Source: a virus
Taxonomy: Duplodnaviria; Caudoviricetes
Strand: one strand, 5' to 3'
IMG/VR virus record: IMGVR_UViG_3300028888_000061
Span: 32,001 to 96,000 of that record
DNA: 64,000 bases
The notes below the pieces were generated by a model that did not search any database, was not told the origin of the DNA, and worked only from the letters and a program-made list of their open reading frames with translations. This document shows positions 20,518 through 30,597 of this stretch, piece by piece (position 1 is the first letter of the stretch; every line of letters begins with the position of its first letter). The translations under genes and the position numbers were made by a program.

Positions 20518-20559
20518 ACTCTACCACAAATTTATGTAGAGCTTGAGTATCAGCACCAC
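20518..20559 (-). promoter_or_regulatory. Box promoter
   Basis: GTGGTGCTG-N27-TAGAGT, spacer ends TTGTGG. Confidence 0.7.
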
Positions 20560-20566
20560 ACTGTCA

Positions 20567-20827
20567 TTATTCACTGATACCGAGAAGTTCCTTCCACTCG
20601 TTAATGTGTTCTGCATCTTTGTCCAACAAAAACTGCTCAAGAGACTTATCACGGTATTCAGGGTAATTCGATTCCATCCATTCTCCCAATGCAGTGATGT
20701 CAAGGACAAACATACCGAAAAGGAAAAGACGAGGGTCGATCATCCGTTTACGTTCCTGATAACCAAGACCAATGTTGGGTGCTAGTTCATTCAATTTCTG
20801 TGCAACAGCTGCCGGCGAGTTCAACAT
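20567..20827 (-). CDS. Hypothetical protein (86 aa)
   Basis: AGAAGGA RBS before ATG 20827; the longer track ORF runs into the IS end. Confidence 0.65.
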   Translation of the reverse strand: MLNSPAAVAQKLNELAPNIGLGYQERKRMIDPRLFLFGMFVLDITALGEWMESNYPEYRDKSLEQFLLDKDAEHINEWKELLGISE

Positions 20828-20842
20828 GTTTAACGTCCTTCT

Positions 20843-22291
20843 GTCAACTACCAACAGCCTAAAGGCGGTTGGCTTGTAACTGACCCGTAGCTCTTGAGCG
20901 AGTCTTTGAAACTCTACTACGTTTTTTACCAATCTTCTTTTCAGAAGATTGGCTGTCGTTACATCGTTGGGTGATTGACTGCACCCCAACATTGAGGGAC
21001 ATACCCTCAATGTTTTCTGTTTGTTCTTTAATCCATTGAAGACCAAGATTAAACAGATTCATTGCTCCAATACGGTCATCATTTGAACGATAACCACAAT
21101 TACGACAACAGAAACAATGGAGCTTCTTGTCTCTGTTAGACTTTTCAATGTGCCCGCATTTCGGACAACATTGGGACGTGTAACGTGGGTCAACATTGAT
21201 TACTAAACAAGAATTTCGTTGCGCCTTATACTTCAACTTTTGCTCAAGGTCATAGTATGACCAGCTCACTTGAACATAACGATCTTTTCTTTTGACCTTT
21301 TCAGCTGCACCACGAATCCCCTTTAAGTTCTCAAGCACAAAAAGCGTTTTTGAAGGATTACTGGTAACGAGTGCCTTCGATACACAATGATTTACATCGT
21401 TCATCCAACGGTTTTCTCGTTGTCCGATTTTCTTCAAACGTCTTCTACTTGATGATGTACCCCGTTTTTGAAGTTCTGTTCTTAATTCTTTGTACTGCGC
21501 CCTTTTATGCTTTACTTTTCCTCCGTTAAAGAATGTAGATTTGCCTTTAGAGTCATAGCTTACTGCAAGAAAATTTATGCCACGGTCAATACCAACCACG
21601 TTGCATATCTCAGAAACCTCACAATCCTCAACTTCTGATGTGACAGGGATGTGTAGGTAGTATTTACGTTTTGAACAGACAAGCCGGGCTGTTCCGAACT
21701 TGAACTTGTCTTTGTCGAAATACTGCTCCATTCCTTTTATGTCGAAGGGTGCTTTAATCCGTCCATCTAAAGTGTTGACGCTAAACACACCTTGAACAAG
21801 CGAATAATCACGATTCCATACAAGGTCTAGTTGAGGCTTTTGGAACTTTGGTTGAATCCACTGATGCTCTTCGGCAAGAATAGTCTTATATTTGGCTATC
21901 ACCGTGATAATGGCAGAACAAGCCATCTGTGATTTCAGACCAAATTTATCACGCAATTCTTCATAAATATCGTTATGGATTATTTCTCGTTTAAGGCATT
22001 TGTTTTCAAAGCAGTAAGCCGCAATTCTGTCACAGGCAAGGGAATACTGCACCATTGAACGGTCAAGTATTTTACGAACTGACCGTTCTGGGTGTATCTG
22101 AACCTTAGCTGTGACAACGATTTTCGACATTATTCTACCTCAAAAAGAAAGTCACACTAATTGACTTTCATTAGAATAGATGATATAAGCAAATTTGTTG
22201 AAAATCAAATATTGAGAGATAAAAATCAAGAATATTCGGGTTGCTTTCATCCAACGAGCTTTAGCCTGTGGGTTTCCTGCTCGCGGTTCTT
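20843..22291 (-). mobile_element. IS200/IS605-family (IS1341-like, TnpB only) element 1
   Basis: Right end AAGCCAACCGCCTTTAGGCTGTTGGTAGTTGAC; left-end hairpin AACCCACAGGCTAAAGCTCGTTGGAT; left boundary inferred. Confidence 0.8.
20859..22130 (-). CDS. tnpB: RNA-guided endonuclease TnpB
   Basis: RuvC GIDRG / LENL / NDD.IGAMN, TSQ.CPKCG..C..CG zinc finger. Confidence 0.92.
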   Translation of the reverse strand: MSKIVVTAKVQIHPERSVRKILDRSMVQYSLACDRIAAYCFENKCLKREIIHNDIYEELRDKFGLKSQMACSAIITVIAKYKTILAEEHQWIQPKFQKPQLDLVWNRDYSLVQGVFSVNTLDGRIKAPFDIKGMEQYFDKDKFKFGTARLVCSKRKYYLHIPVTSEVEDCEVSEICNVVGIDRGINFLAVSYDSKGKSTFFNGGKVKHKRAQYKELRTELQKRGTSSSRRRLKKIGQRENRWMNDVNHCVSKALVTSNPSKTLFVLENLKGIRGAAEKVKRKDRYVQVSWSYYDLEQKLKYKAQRNSCLVINVDPRYTSQCCPKCGHIEKSNRDKKLHCFCCRNCGYRSNDDRIGAMNLFNLGLQWIKEQTENIEGMSLNVGVQSITQRCNDSQSSEKKIGKKRSRVSKTRSRATGQLQANRL

Positions 22292-22297
22292 ATGAAG

Positions 22298-22338
22298 ACT
22301 CTACCACAAAATAAACGATGCCCTCACCACAGCACCAC
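22298..22338 (-). promoter_or_regulatory. Box promoter
   Basis: GTGGTGCTG-N26-TAGAGT, spacer ends TTGTGG. Confidence 0.7.
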
Positions 22339-22346
22339 TAAAACAA

Positions 22347-22380
22347 AAGTGGCAGCAGTTCGTGAAAACTGCTGCCACTT
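22347..22380 (-). terminator. Intrinsic terminator
   Basis: AAGTGGCAGCAGTT/AACTGCTGCCACTT stem. Confidence 0.75.
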
Positions 22381-22419
22381 CTTGTACGCACAAATACTCT
22401 TATAATACGTAAAGAGATT

Positions 22420-22854
22420 TTACATGGGCTTTACCAAAAATTGAGCACATTCTTCCATATCGTCTTGGTCTTCGCCATGGAAACAAAGCATGTAAGAATC
22501 TCCAGGCTCTCCGTCAACAAAGTCAACCGATATGTTAGCTCCATCAAACCATGACGGAGACATAACACGATTTAAAAAGTCATCAACAGAGTACGTCGCA
22601 TAATGTCCGGGCATACCGTTCAAAACCTGTAACGAGAATGAAAGACCCATACGATTAAAGTCTCTTTCAATACTGTGGAGTAACGATGCCAAATCACGCT
22701 CTGTTTCAGCCTCTACATGAGAATGCTTGTAAAACACATCGTCAATGTCCCTTGCGGAACTCTCATTTCTACGACGGAAGACAGACGCTTTATGTGACAC
22801 GAACTTCCGAGCTTCATTACCACGTTGCAGACCAAAATTGTTGAGGTGAATCAT
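22420..22854 (-). CDS. Hypothetical protein with basic leader ending RRRNES
   Basis: AGGAG RBS. Confidence 0.7.
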   Translation of the reverse strand: MIHLNNFGLQRGNEARKFVSHKASVFRRRNESSARDIDDVFYKHSHVEAETERDLASLLHSIERDFNRMGLSFSLQVLNGMPGHYATYSVDDFLNRVMSPSWFDGANISVDFVDGEPGDSYMLCFHGEDQDDMEECAQFLVKPM

Positions 22855-22866
22855 AAGTCATTTCTC

Positions 22867-23937
22867 CTACATGTAGCGTTTACGAATGGCTTTCGGAATA
22901 CGGTGTTCAACATTTTTAACGACATCATCAACACCAGAGCCAAGTGTTTTCTTTACTTGGTTCGGAACATCGGCAGGAGCACCCTTTCCACCATCCGTCT
23001 GAGGCATATACTCACGGTCAGGTGCACCATTGACAGCATTGTTCCCTGATTTAAGCGCAAGGCAGTTGTTCACTGCATAAGTGAGAACTTTTGCTCCGCT
23101 TGAGTTGTCATCAAACTTAGCGTCAATACGTGAAATACGGCTTGACGCACCTTCTCCAGTTTCGAGTACTTCATCGCAAAGTTTGTTAAACGCATCGTGA
23201 GCTGGTGAAGACTCCAAACAAACCTGTGCGGCTTTTAACATTGTGGTATCGCTGTCTTTCAGAACGTTCGATGCAGTCACATTTTCCTTTCCATCAACCT
23301 TGCTTGTTGCAATAGGAACTTTCCCGGTAACAGAAGCAATCACGCCTTGAACAGCAGCCAGTGCCTGTTTAGGTTCAAGTTTCTCTGAACACTTGAAATT
23401 GATTGCAACGACCTTTGCGTTTGGATTGAAAGCATAAACCTGAGACCAACGATGATGTCCATCAATGATGTACTTACCTTCAAAAATCCAAATGGCCGAA
23501 CCTGCCTTAATCTCAGGACTTTTTTCCATGAGCATCTTACGGAAGCTGTCTTTAGCTTTGTCAGGATTGTTTACAGTAAAACCAATGGAGTTTTCAAGAC
23601 CGATGAAATTCTGTGTCGGATACAATGAATGAACGTCATAACCTTTTTCAGCTTCTGCGGTAAATGTTATATCACCATTATTTCCACCAAAAGCATAATC
23701 AATCCATGCTTTTGCTTTGTCGTCATTTACACCATCCAACAGATGCTTAACGAAATCAGTGTAAGACTGCTTGTTTGAGAACTCAGACGGAGTCTCAACA
23801 GGTTTATTGTTATCATCGTCCGCTTCATAACGGCGAGTCCGACGATTGCGACCATAAGAACTTTCTTTGTGAAGACGTGCAATGTCTTCACCTGTCCACG
23901 AACGACGAGTTTCTTGCTTTTTTTTCTTAATCAACAT
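22867..23937 (-). CDS. ParB/Srx-fold protein with basic leader (RRYEA)
   Basis: LYPTQ...YIIDGHHRW motif; GGAG RBS before ATG 23937. Confidence 0.7.
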   Translation of the reverse strand: MLIKKKKQETRRSWTGEDIARLHKESSYGRNRRTRRYEADDDNNKPVETPSEFSNKQSYTDFVKHLLDGVNDDKAKAWIDYAFGGNNGDITFTAEAEKGYDVHSLYPTQNFIGLENSIGFTVNNPDKAKDSFRKMLMEKSPEIKAGSAIWIFEGKYIIDGHHRWSQVYAFNPNAKVVAINFKCSEKLEPKQALAAVQGVIASVTGKVPIATSKVDGKENVTASNVLKDSDTTMLKAAQVCLESSPAHDAFNKLCDEVLETGEGASSRISRIDAKFDDNSSGAKVLTYAVNNCLALKSGNNAVNGAPDREYMPQTDGGKGAPADVPNQVKKTLGSGVDDVVKNVEHRIPKAIRKRYM

Positions 23938-24036
23938 GGCAAACTCTCCAAACAGGTTTTCTTTTAACTGTAATGCACCACAGGCATAACGCAGACGCAA
24001 TACACTTTTTAGATACTGCGTCTGCACACTAAAGGA

Positions 24037-27000
24037 TTAAAAGTCGATTTCATCTAAAGATACGCCACACACACAATCGTCAGAAGGGCTTTCGTCTTCT
24101 GTAGCAACGACCTTAGCTTCGACAGTATGCGTGACTTTCGGCTTCACTTCAAGCGTATCCCATTCAGGTTCATACGTGTCCGTGTCGGCATCATACGTAA
24201 ATGGAACAAGACTGCCTAAATCGGTACGACTTATGGAAAGAGAACACTTGAGAGGTACTGGCCAGTCTTCACGTTCGATGGTCATACACTTAATACACAC
24301 AGGGATAACTTCCCTAGCCAACTCAATCGGGATAGAGAAATTGACCTCATCGTGAATGGTTGACATGAATTTCACTTGCGGATATGGTTTGAAAACTTTC
24401 TCCCACAATCGACAGAATATGATTTTCAAGACATCTGCGGCGGTCCCTTGAACTGCAGTATTTTTAGTAGTTCTCTCACCAAATGCCTGTTTTGCACGGT
24501 CAGGACTTGAAAGCCAAAACTTCACACGGCGATGACGACCGAACCCTGTGTTAATATCACCATACTGTCGAGCATACGCTATATTCTCTGCCTGACCTTG
24601 ACTGATTGCAGGAAGAGCATCTTTGAACTTCTTCATAAATTCACGACACTCGTCCAAAGTCATATCAGGGAATGACTGGTTGAACCCCTGTGCCCCAGAA
24701 CCGTAGAGTATGCCAAATGATGCTGCTTTCGCTTTCTTTCGTGCATCTTTCGTATAATTTTCTTCTCCGAACAGTTTGACTGCTGTGTTCCCATTCACTG
24801 TAATCCTGCCATCATAACGTGTGACAAGAAGTCCACCAGGAACCTCAAAACAGGAATACACAGGTCCCTCTGTGAGCGAGTGCTCATGCACTGAATGAAA
24901 AGTCATTCCGACATCTTTATTCGGACGGGATTCCATGTGAAGAGCATACCTGTCAGAGCGAATATTGTGACACACAACGCATGAATAACCACTGCATGTC
25001 AAATGCCATTGAATCCAGTCTGCAAGTCCTTTGTCTTGAATATAAGACCTGCCGTGAACATCATCACCATTTCCAAGACCAAGAGTGCTGTCTTTGCGGC
25101 ATGAAAGACCGTACAGCAAACCACATACAAAACCATTATGCTGGGCATCGGAGGTAAAGAGGAGTGCATCATCTTTCACGTGTCCTGATGTAACATCGAA
25201 ATCATGCTCAAGTAAGTAAGCAACACCTTTATCGGTAACAACAAGTGCGTTACAACCAACAAGACAGTATTTGTCAATGAATGCTTGTGCGTGATAATTG
25301 AACGCAAAACACGGTCTGTACGAAACGAACAATGTCTTATCAACGACCTTAATATCGGATGCGGAAAGAAATCCGAGAATAAACGATTCACAAGTATCTT
25401 CGTTTAAAGCAGTCTTGAAATCAACACGGTTGCCTACAGCTGTTTTCATTTGAAAACGCTGTTTTGCATTGCCGCAGTTGCGTAAGTTGTCAGCACGTTC
25501 GATATGGTATCCACGTTCATCGAAGCTCACATACATACGATGGTTGCCTGTGACGTTGAACACACCACTACGAACGAACACATCTTTTCCTTTATGCGTT
25601 GCTCGTTTGTCTGCACGTGTAAATTTAAAGGAATCTGACTTCTCGTCATAATAAGCAATCTCCATGTCAGAGGTGATTTGCTCCGCTTTCATCCACCCCT
25701 GTGATTTGACATAGAACTCAGTGTCCGGTGAATAACATGCCTTGTGCACGTCTGCACCGCTGTTGAACGCTTTTATCCATGTATCCTCGTGGTAAAGGTT
25801 AGCTACTATCCTCAATTCTTCAGCACACTGATGGACATTCATACCCTGTACGTACAGCTGGTGTTCTTGCGTCTGTACGGTGCAATTCCACACAGGTACT
25901 TCCCATTCACCAAAGTTCTCCATGTACCATGTATCGAACACATCACGTTTTTGCTGAACCCAAAGCGTGGCATCCTTGTAAAGGTAATCATAGATAAACT
26001 TCTCCTGCTCATCAGTTCCTTGAAGCCTGAGGTAAGTTCTGAATTTTTGGATATACTTCCATTGACCCTCAAGACGCTTCTGAACTTCGGTCATGTATGA
26101 AGCATCACCTGCAAGCTCAGTGGTAAACCCTTCATCGGTTTTGACGCTGCCAATCGCATCAAACATCCCTCGAACGAAATGTCTGAAGTTATCGCCCAAC
26201 CATTCAAAGTTCACTCGGTCTGAGGATGTAGTGAGTCCACATAGTATTCCCAAAGAAAGCAATCTTTCACAAACATCGTTTCGAGACAAATGCAGCACCC
26301 ACCATGCACTCTGCTCTGTGACTTTGTGCCTAATTTCATAACTCCCACCAAGAACTTTACCGATAAGTCGAAGGTGTTGTTCATCTTCTGACCAAACAAC
26401 CAACAAAAGAGAAGTGTTCTCGTCTTTCACGTAACGTAGAATATTACCAGAACAGAGTATGAACCCTAGAAGGTATGCTGACGTTGGTGTGCTATCACCG
26501 TCAAACACATTCATGTCATCCGAATACTCAATAAGTTCTGTACGTGGAACTTTTCCTTTAATGTCTTTTGCTTTGACTTGTTCTCCGTCAAGGATGAACG
26601 GATGGTTTTCAGTGCAGTAAATAGCCTGACCGCCGTTATCCGGGTACACCTTTATCATGGGTTTTACACCTGTACGCATAATGCGCTCAACAGTAACCCA
26701 TCCTTGCGGCGACCATACTTCATCTCCGGGCTTCATTTCGCAGATTCCCATATATCCACGTTTCGTTTGAACGGGCGAACCACCCTCAAGGCACATGTCT
26801 ATGGACACCACATAGCATTGGTCATTCTCAGGAAGAAACGCACGTCGGATATTAAGATTGTCAGGGTCCATTCCCTCGACCAGACCTTTTGCATCATCGT
26901 CAGGAATATCGTTCGAGAAATACCATCCGAGAATGTCACGTTTCTCTGCGATTTCCTGCTCAGTAGCCTTACGCCCTTTTAGCATGACGGCATGTGGTTT

Positions 27001-30000
27001 TGGCGTGCTCTGTACGTTATTATTCGTGAAGAATCGGTTCTTTGCAGAGGTGCCACAGTTGTGGTTAATCACACCTTCTGCAATATAACGATGCAATGGA
27101 TGATCAACAGTGAGCGTGTATGCCTCTTTTTTTCCACAAGATTCAATAGAAATAACTTCCTCATAATCAAACACTTCAACAGGAAGACACGAGTCCTCAC
27201 ACAAACGCATTACAGAGTACAGTGAGTATCGCTTGTTGTGATACATCGCCTTAAATTTATTTCGTTCACCGACTTTCCAAACCTCTTTTGCGAGACTGTT
27301 TAGAGCAGTAGTCAGAAATGTCGGAACAGATTTTTTTGTGTTAATTCTAAACGGTATTGAGTCATCAAGGTACTTCCTAAAAGACTTAACACAAAATTGC
27401 AGTCTCCATTGTTGACTGTACGTTGGGTTCTTTTCAGTATCAATCTTTAACCTGTGTATCTTAGTACGGATTCCAACGTAATCGGCCAACTTTTGAAGTG
27501 AACACACTAAAGAATAAGACGTTATATTGAGACTACTATTCATCTTACCATCAGACTTACGTATATGTTTCTCTCCCTCTGCCTGATAAAATCCACAAAG
27601 AACCGAAAAAGCATCTGCCTTTGAGTGTATCACAGAAAAATCAATCTCACGTTCTTTCTGTGGAACGTTCGCAACTGGAAACCATTTCGACACAATCCTA
27701 CAAGCAGTTGCAGACATCTCAATAACATAAAGAGTGTCTTTGAGTTCACGCATACTATGACGCACACCTCTTTCAACAAGGTTGTTGTGGATATACATCA
27801 TGGCATCGTAGTCACCATGGTTAAAAAACAAGCGCAATGATTCTTTACGTCTTCTCTGAATTTTGCCACTATGTCCTACATAATATGACCCATCTCCCAA
27901 AAAGAATCCATAAAGAAACATCTCGAAATTTATTTGAAGTCCTTTAAAACTTACAGCAGTACGGCATAGGGAATCCCCACATTGAATCTCAGATGCAAAT
28001 CTCCACACATACCCAGTATCAGACGGACACAGAAACCTATGATCTGAGGTACATTCGATTGACTTTCCAGAAGAAAGAACGAAGCGCAGAAATTCCTGTT
28101 CGCCTGTTCTGACTAAAGAAGCCTTGGAATATACATCCTTTGCAATTTCAACATCATGTTCCTCTGTAATGTCTGCAATACGAACTAAACCTTGCCGTGT
28201 ATGAACCAAAGCATCAGGAGAAAAACAGCTCAATCTGCCTGTATTATGCGTAACGATACCATTTGCAACATACTCATGGACATCTTCAACCTCGATGTCA
28301 TAGACCTTTGTTTCTCCGCCAACCACTTCGACATTGGCCACTTTTGATTCGAGATAAAGGCGCATTTGCTTCGGAAAACGAATCGACGAAAACCGTTCAG
28401 TCAGCGGATCAAAGTCACTCCACAAATCTTTAAGATTAGACAATGCGTAAGGTTCGTGAATGTCGATGCGAGTCAGCTTGCACTCTCCGAACCACGCTTG
28501 AAATGAATGCTCAGTAACATCACAGCCAACAGATGCCGCCCACAGCATGGGAACAATAAGGTCACGTTCCTTTGACGGAATAATAAACACAACACGGTCT
28601 TTGTGAATACCGTCAACCCAATTCTCAGGTATGTCTTTCACGTTATAAGCCGCAACCGACGTTCCCTTAGAATCCAAATAACCACACAGGAAATGTCTAA
28701 ATGTGTCGTGTAGTACGGAACGAGCATGTGCAACACGAACATAAACACTCACGTTATCGACTTTCTTGTTTCCTTGCGAATCTGACTGTATCTCAGAAAT
28801 AAGTCCGAATTGCTCAAGTAACTGTGACAGCACGTGCCTGGTCACGCTATACTCAACGCATTTACTATCCACATCGTAACGAGAAACATTCTTCTCACCG
28901 AATAATGAAACAAGTAGCTCTCTGTAATACGATGATGTTTTCCCACGAGCAAACCTTAACGTAAACAAACATCCGTCGATATTTCGACCTTTGCCGTAGA
29001 AGTAGCCCATAATTCTAGCGAGAATACAAATCTTTCCATTATCGCATGATGAAGCAGCACATGTATGGTTGATGATTACAGGCTCGCCCGTTTTGAGGTC
29101 ACAAAGCCCGGCCCATTCGACATCATCCTTTGTCATTCCATGAGGGTTGATTGATTCCAAAGGTGATTTGCGAACAAGAACAGGATGCCTATCAGTTCCT
29201 TCAATGGTCATTCCATTCTGCAACGTAACACGAAACACCTTATCGACATCGTGAGCTTTGTTCCATAGTACTCGACGATACCCCCATGCTGTCCAAATCA
29301 TATCGTCCTGGGTCACATCTTTTATGGAAATGAAACCTTTGTCCTTCACAAGAACCGTATTGTTTTCTGTCAGACATGGGACACTGTTAGTCTTGTAAGA
29401 AAAACGAACAGGGTAAATGTCCTGCTCACTTGCAGTCTTGATGTACTTGTCAAGGTACGATGACTTGAACTTGACTGTCTTCTTGTATTCCTTGTAAGCC
29501 TTAATGAAATCCTTAATGTCCTGTCCAATTACTGAATTGTGTTTCACCATCCATGCATCAATGGTTTTCAGGTCGGCTTTCATGGCACCGGTTGCTGTAC
29601 GTGCACCTGTATCAACACCAAAGCGTTCAACAAGAATTTTTCCGAACTGCTGCGGAGCATTCAGATTGAATTGTGTTCCTGCTAAACGGTAAACTTCTTC
29701 ACGTGTGCGTTCGATTATGGCTTCTACTTGAGGAACAAGACTTTTTAAATATTCCGTATCAAGACGCTGAGGTGTATTCTCAAGACGCATCAATGGGTAA
29801 AGCATGTTGTTATCGAACCGACTTGCCGGGAGATTTTCACGGTAGAATTTATTCGACACAATAGCCAACTGATATGTTGATACGGCGTCAGTACAAGCAT
29901 AACGATAAGCGTCCTCGGCGGGAACGTGTTGGAACGTAACAGCGTCACCCAACGTCTCATCAAAGGTCTTTGGTTTCCATCCCAAAAAGTGACGTTCAGA

Positions 30001-30474
30001 TGCTTTCAGAGAAGGCATGACGACGTTCGTATCAGCAAGCCAGATTGCATTTTGAACGTCATAGTACGGCATTCCATCAAGCGTCCATCCTTTATGCTTC
30101 AGTGCCGCCTCAAGGAATCGTTGGTCAAATCGACAGTTAAAAAGGAACTGTGTTTTACGTGTCTTTTTCAGAATGGAATAAAAAATTTCAACGGCTTCCG
30201 TTCCAAGAGCCATATCATCATGGGCGACTGGTACATAGTATCCAGTTTCCCCGTCAAAGGAAAACGAGAACCCAACAAGGTAATCCATGTCAGGGTCAAG
30301 ACCGCTAGTCTCAGTATCCCATGCCGTATAATCATGTTCGACATCATGCACACGAAGTTCGTCAAGAGAACGAATAAGCACAAATGTCAAATCCTTGTCC
30401 CAATCATCCCGCTCTTCCACAGCCGGGATGTAATGAACGTAACCTTTATGCAAACTCTTTTTGTCATCAGCCAT
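24037..30474 (-). CDS. polA: Family A DNA polymerase with 3'-5' exonuclease and four inteins (~738 aa mature)
   Basis: DTETSG exonuclease I, YA..DA exonuclease III, TGRLS, DM|CAEELR motif A, RKKAKAASFGILYG motif B, IHDE motif C. Confidence 0.95.
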   Translation of the reverse strand: MADDKKSLHKGYVHYIPAVEERDDWDKDLTFVLIRSLDELRVHDVEHDYTAWDTETSGLDPDMDYLVGFSFSFDGETGYYVPVAHDDMALGTEAVEIFYSILKKTRKTQFLFNCRFDQRFLEAALKHKGWTLDGMPYYDVQNAIWLADTNVVMPSLKASERHFLGWKPKTFDETLGDAVTFQHVPAEDAYRYACTDAVSTYQLAIVSNKFYRENLPASRFDNNMLYPLMRLENTPQRLDTEYLKSLVPQVEAIIERTREEVYRLAGTQFNLNAPQQFGKILVERFGVDTGARTATGAMKADLKTIDAWMVKHNSVIGQDIKDFIKAYKEYKKTVKFKSSYLDKYIKTASEQDIYPVRFSYKTNSVPCLTENNTVLVKDKGFISIKDVTQDDMIWTAWGYRRVLWNKAHDVDKVFRVTLQNGMTIEGTDRHPVLVRKSPLESINPHGMTKDDVEWAGLCDLKTGEPVIINHTCAASSCDNGKICILARIMGYFYGKGRNIDGCLFTLRFARGKTSSYYRELLVSLFGEKNVSRYDVDSKCVEYSVTRHVLSQLLEQFGLISEIQSDSQGNKKVDNVSVYVRVAHARSVLHDTFRHFLCGYLDSKGTSVAAYNVKDIPENWVDGIHKDRVVFIIPSKERDLIVPMLWAASVGCDVTEHSFQAWFGECKLTRIDIHEPYALSNLKDLWSDFDPLTERFSSIRFPKQMRLYLESKVANVEVVGGETKVYDIEVEDVHEYVANGIVTHNTGRLSCFSPDALVHTRQGLVRIADITEEHDVEIAKDVYSKASLVRTGEQEFLRFVLSSGKSIECTSDHRFLCPSDTGYVWRFASEIQCGDSLCRTAVSFKGLQINFEMFLYGFFLGDGSYYVGHSGKIQRRRKESLRLFFNHGDYDAMMYIHNNLVERGVRHSMRELKDTLYVIEMSATACRIVSKWFPVANVPQKEREIDFSVIHSKADAFSVLCGFYQAEGEKHIRKSDGKMNSSLNITSYSLVCSLQKLADYVGIRTKIHRLKIDTEKNPTYSQQWRLQFCVKSFRKYLDDSIPFRINTKKSVPTFLTTALNSLAKEVWKVGERNKFKAMYHNKRYSLYSVMRLCEDSCLPVEVFDYEEVISIESCGKKEAYTLTVDHPLHRYIAEGVINHNCGTSAKNRFFTNNNVQSTPKPHAVMLKGRKATEQEIAEKRDILGWYFSNDIPDDDAKGLVEGMDPDNLNIRRAFLPENDQCYVVSIDMCLEGGSPVQTKRGYMGICEMKPGDEVWSPQGWVTVERIMRTGVKPMIKVYPDNGGQAIYCTENHPFILDGEQVKAKDIKGKVPRTELIEYSDDMNVFDGDSTPTSAYLLGFILCSGNILRYVKDENTSLLLVVWSEDEQHLRLIGKVLGGSYEIRHKVTEQSAWWVLHLSRNDVCERLLSLGILCGLTTSSDRVNFEWLGDNFRHFVRGMFDAIGSVKTDEGFTTELAGDASYMTEVQKRLEGQWKYIQKFRTYLRLQGTDEQEKFIYDYLYKDATLWVQQKRDVFDTWYMENFGEWEVPVWNCTVQTQEHQLYVQGMNVHQCAEELRIVANLYHEDTWIKAFNSGADVHKACYSPDTEFYVKSQGWMKAEQITSDMEIAYYDEKSDSFKFTRADKRATHKGKDVFVRSGVFNVTGNHRMYVSFDERGYHIERADNLRNCGNAKQRFQMKTAVGNRVDFKTALNEDTCESFILGFLSASDIKVVDKTLFVSYRPCFAFNYHAQAFIDKYCLVGCNALVVTDKGVAYLLEHDFDVTSGHVKDDALLFTSDAQHNGFVCGLLYGLSCRKDSTLGLGNGDDVHGRSYIQDKGLADWIQWHLTCSGYSCVVCHNIRSDRYALHMESRPNKDVGMTFHSVHEHSLTEGPVYSCFEVPGGLLVTRYDGRITVNGNTAVKLFGEENYTKDARKKAKAASFGILYGSGAQGFNQSFPDMTLDECREFMKKFKDALPAISQGQAENIAYARQYGDINTGFGRHRRVKFWLSSPDRAKQAFGERTTKNTAVQGTAADVLKIIFCRLWEKVFKPYPQVKFMSTIHDEVNFSIPIELAREVIPVCIKCMTIEREDWPVPLKCSLSISRTDLGSLVPFTYDADTDTYEPEWDTLEVKPKVTHTVEAKVVATEDESPSDDCVCGVSLDEIDF
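24787..25737 (-). mobile_element. Polymerase intein 4 (317 aa), GN end, decayed endonuclease
   Basis: CYSPDTE...TGNHRM...VTRYDGRITVNGN|T. Confidence 0.88.
25828..26793 (-). mobile_element. Polymerase intein 3 (322 aa), Gln-terminated
   Basis: CLEGGS...TENHPF...FVRGMFDAIG...VHQ|C. Confidence 0.88.
27058..28227 (-). mobile_element. Polymerase intein 2 (390 aa), LAGLIDADG endonuclease apparently intact
   Basis: CFSPDA...TSDHRF...LYGFFLGDG...LCGFYQAEG...NHN|C. Confidence 0.9.
28243..29376 (-). mobile_element. Polymerase intein 1 (378 aa)
   Basis: CLTENN...TDRHP...VTHN|T; LAGLIDADG-like helices. Confidence 0.9.
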
Positions 30475-30526
30475 TGTGATTCTCCTATGGTCAATATGGC
30501 GTTAAACGAAAATTGCCATGTTACGT

Positions 30527-30567
30527 AGAATACCACACAATACCTAATAGGAATGTGACAGCACCAC
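30527..30567 (-). promoter_or_regulatory. Box promoter for the polymerase
   Basis: GTGGTGCTG-N26-TATTCT, spacer ends GTGTGG. Confidence 0.72.
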
Positions 30568-30597
30568 TGACGAAACATGGCGACAAAGAATTTTTAA

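Noticed and set aside
20828-21046. N-terminal 73 aa of track ORF 20567-21046
   Set aside because: Lies within the tnpB 3' end and IS right end; the RBS-led start is 20827
23970-23982. Extra box promoters at about 23975 (GTGGTGCAT) and about 10285 (GTGGTGTTT)
   Set aside because: Box mismatches and no -10 hexamer at the 26/27-nt spacing
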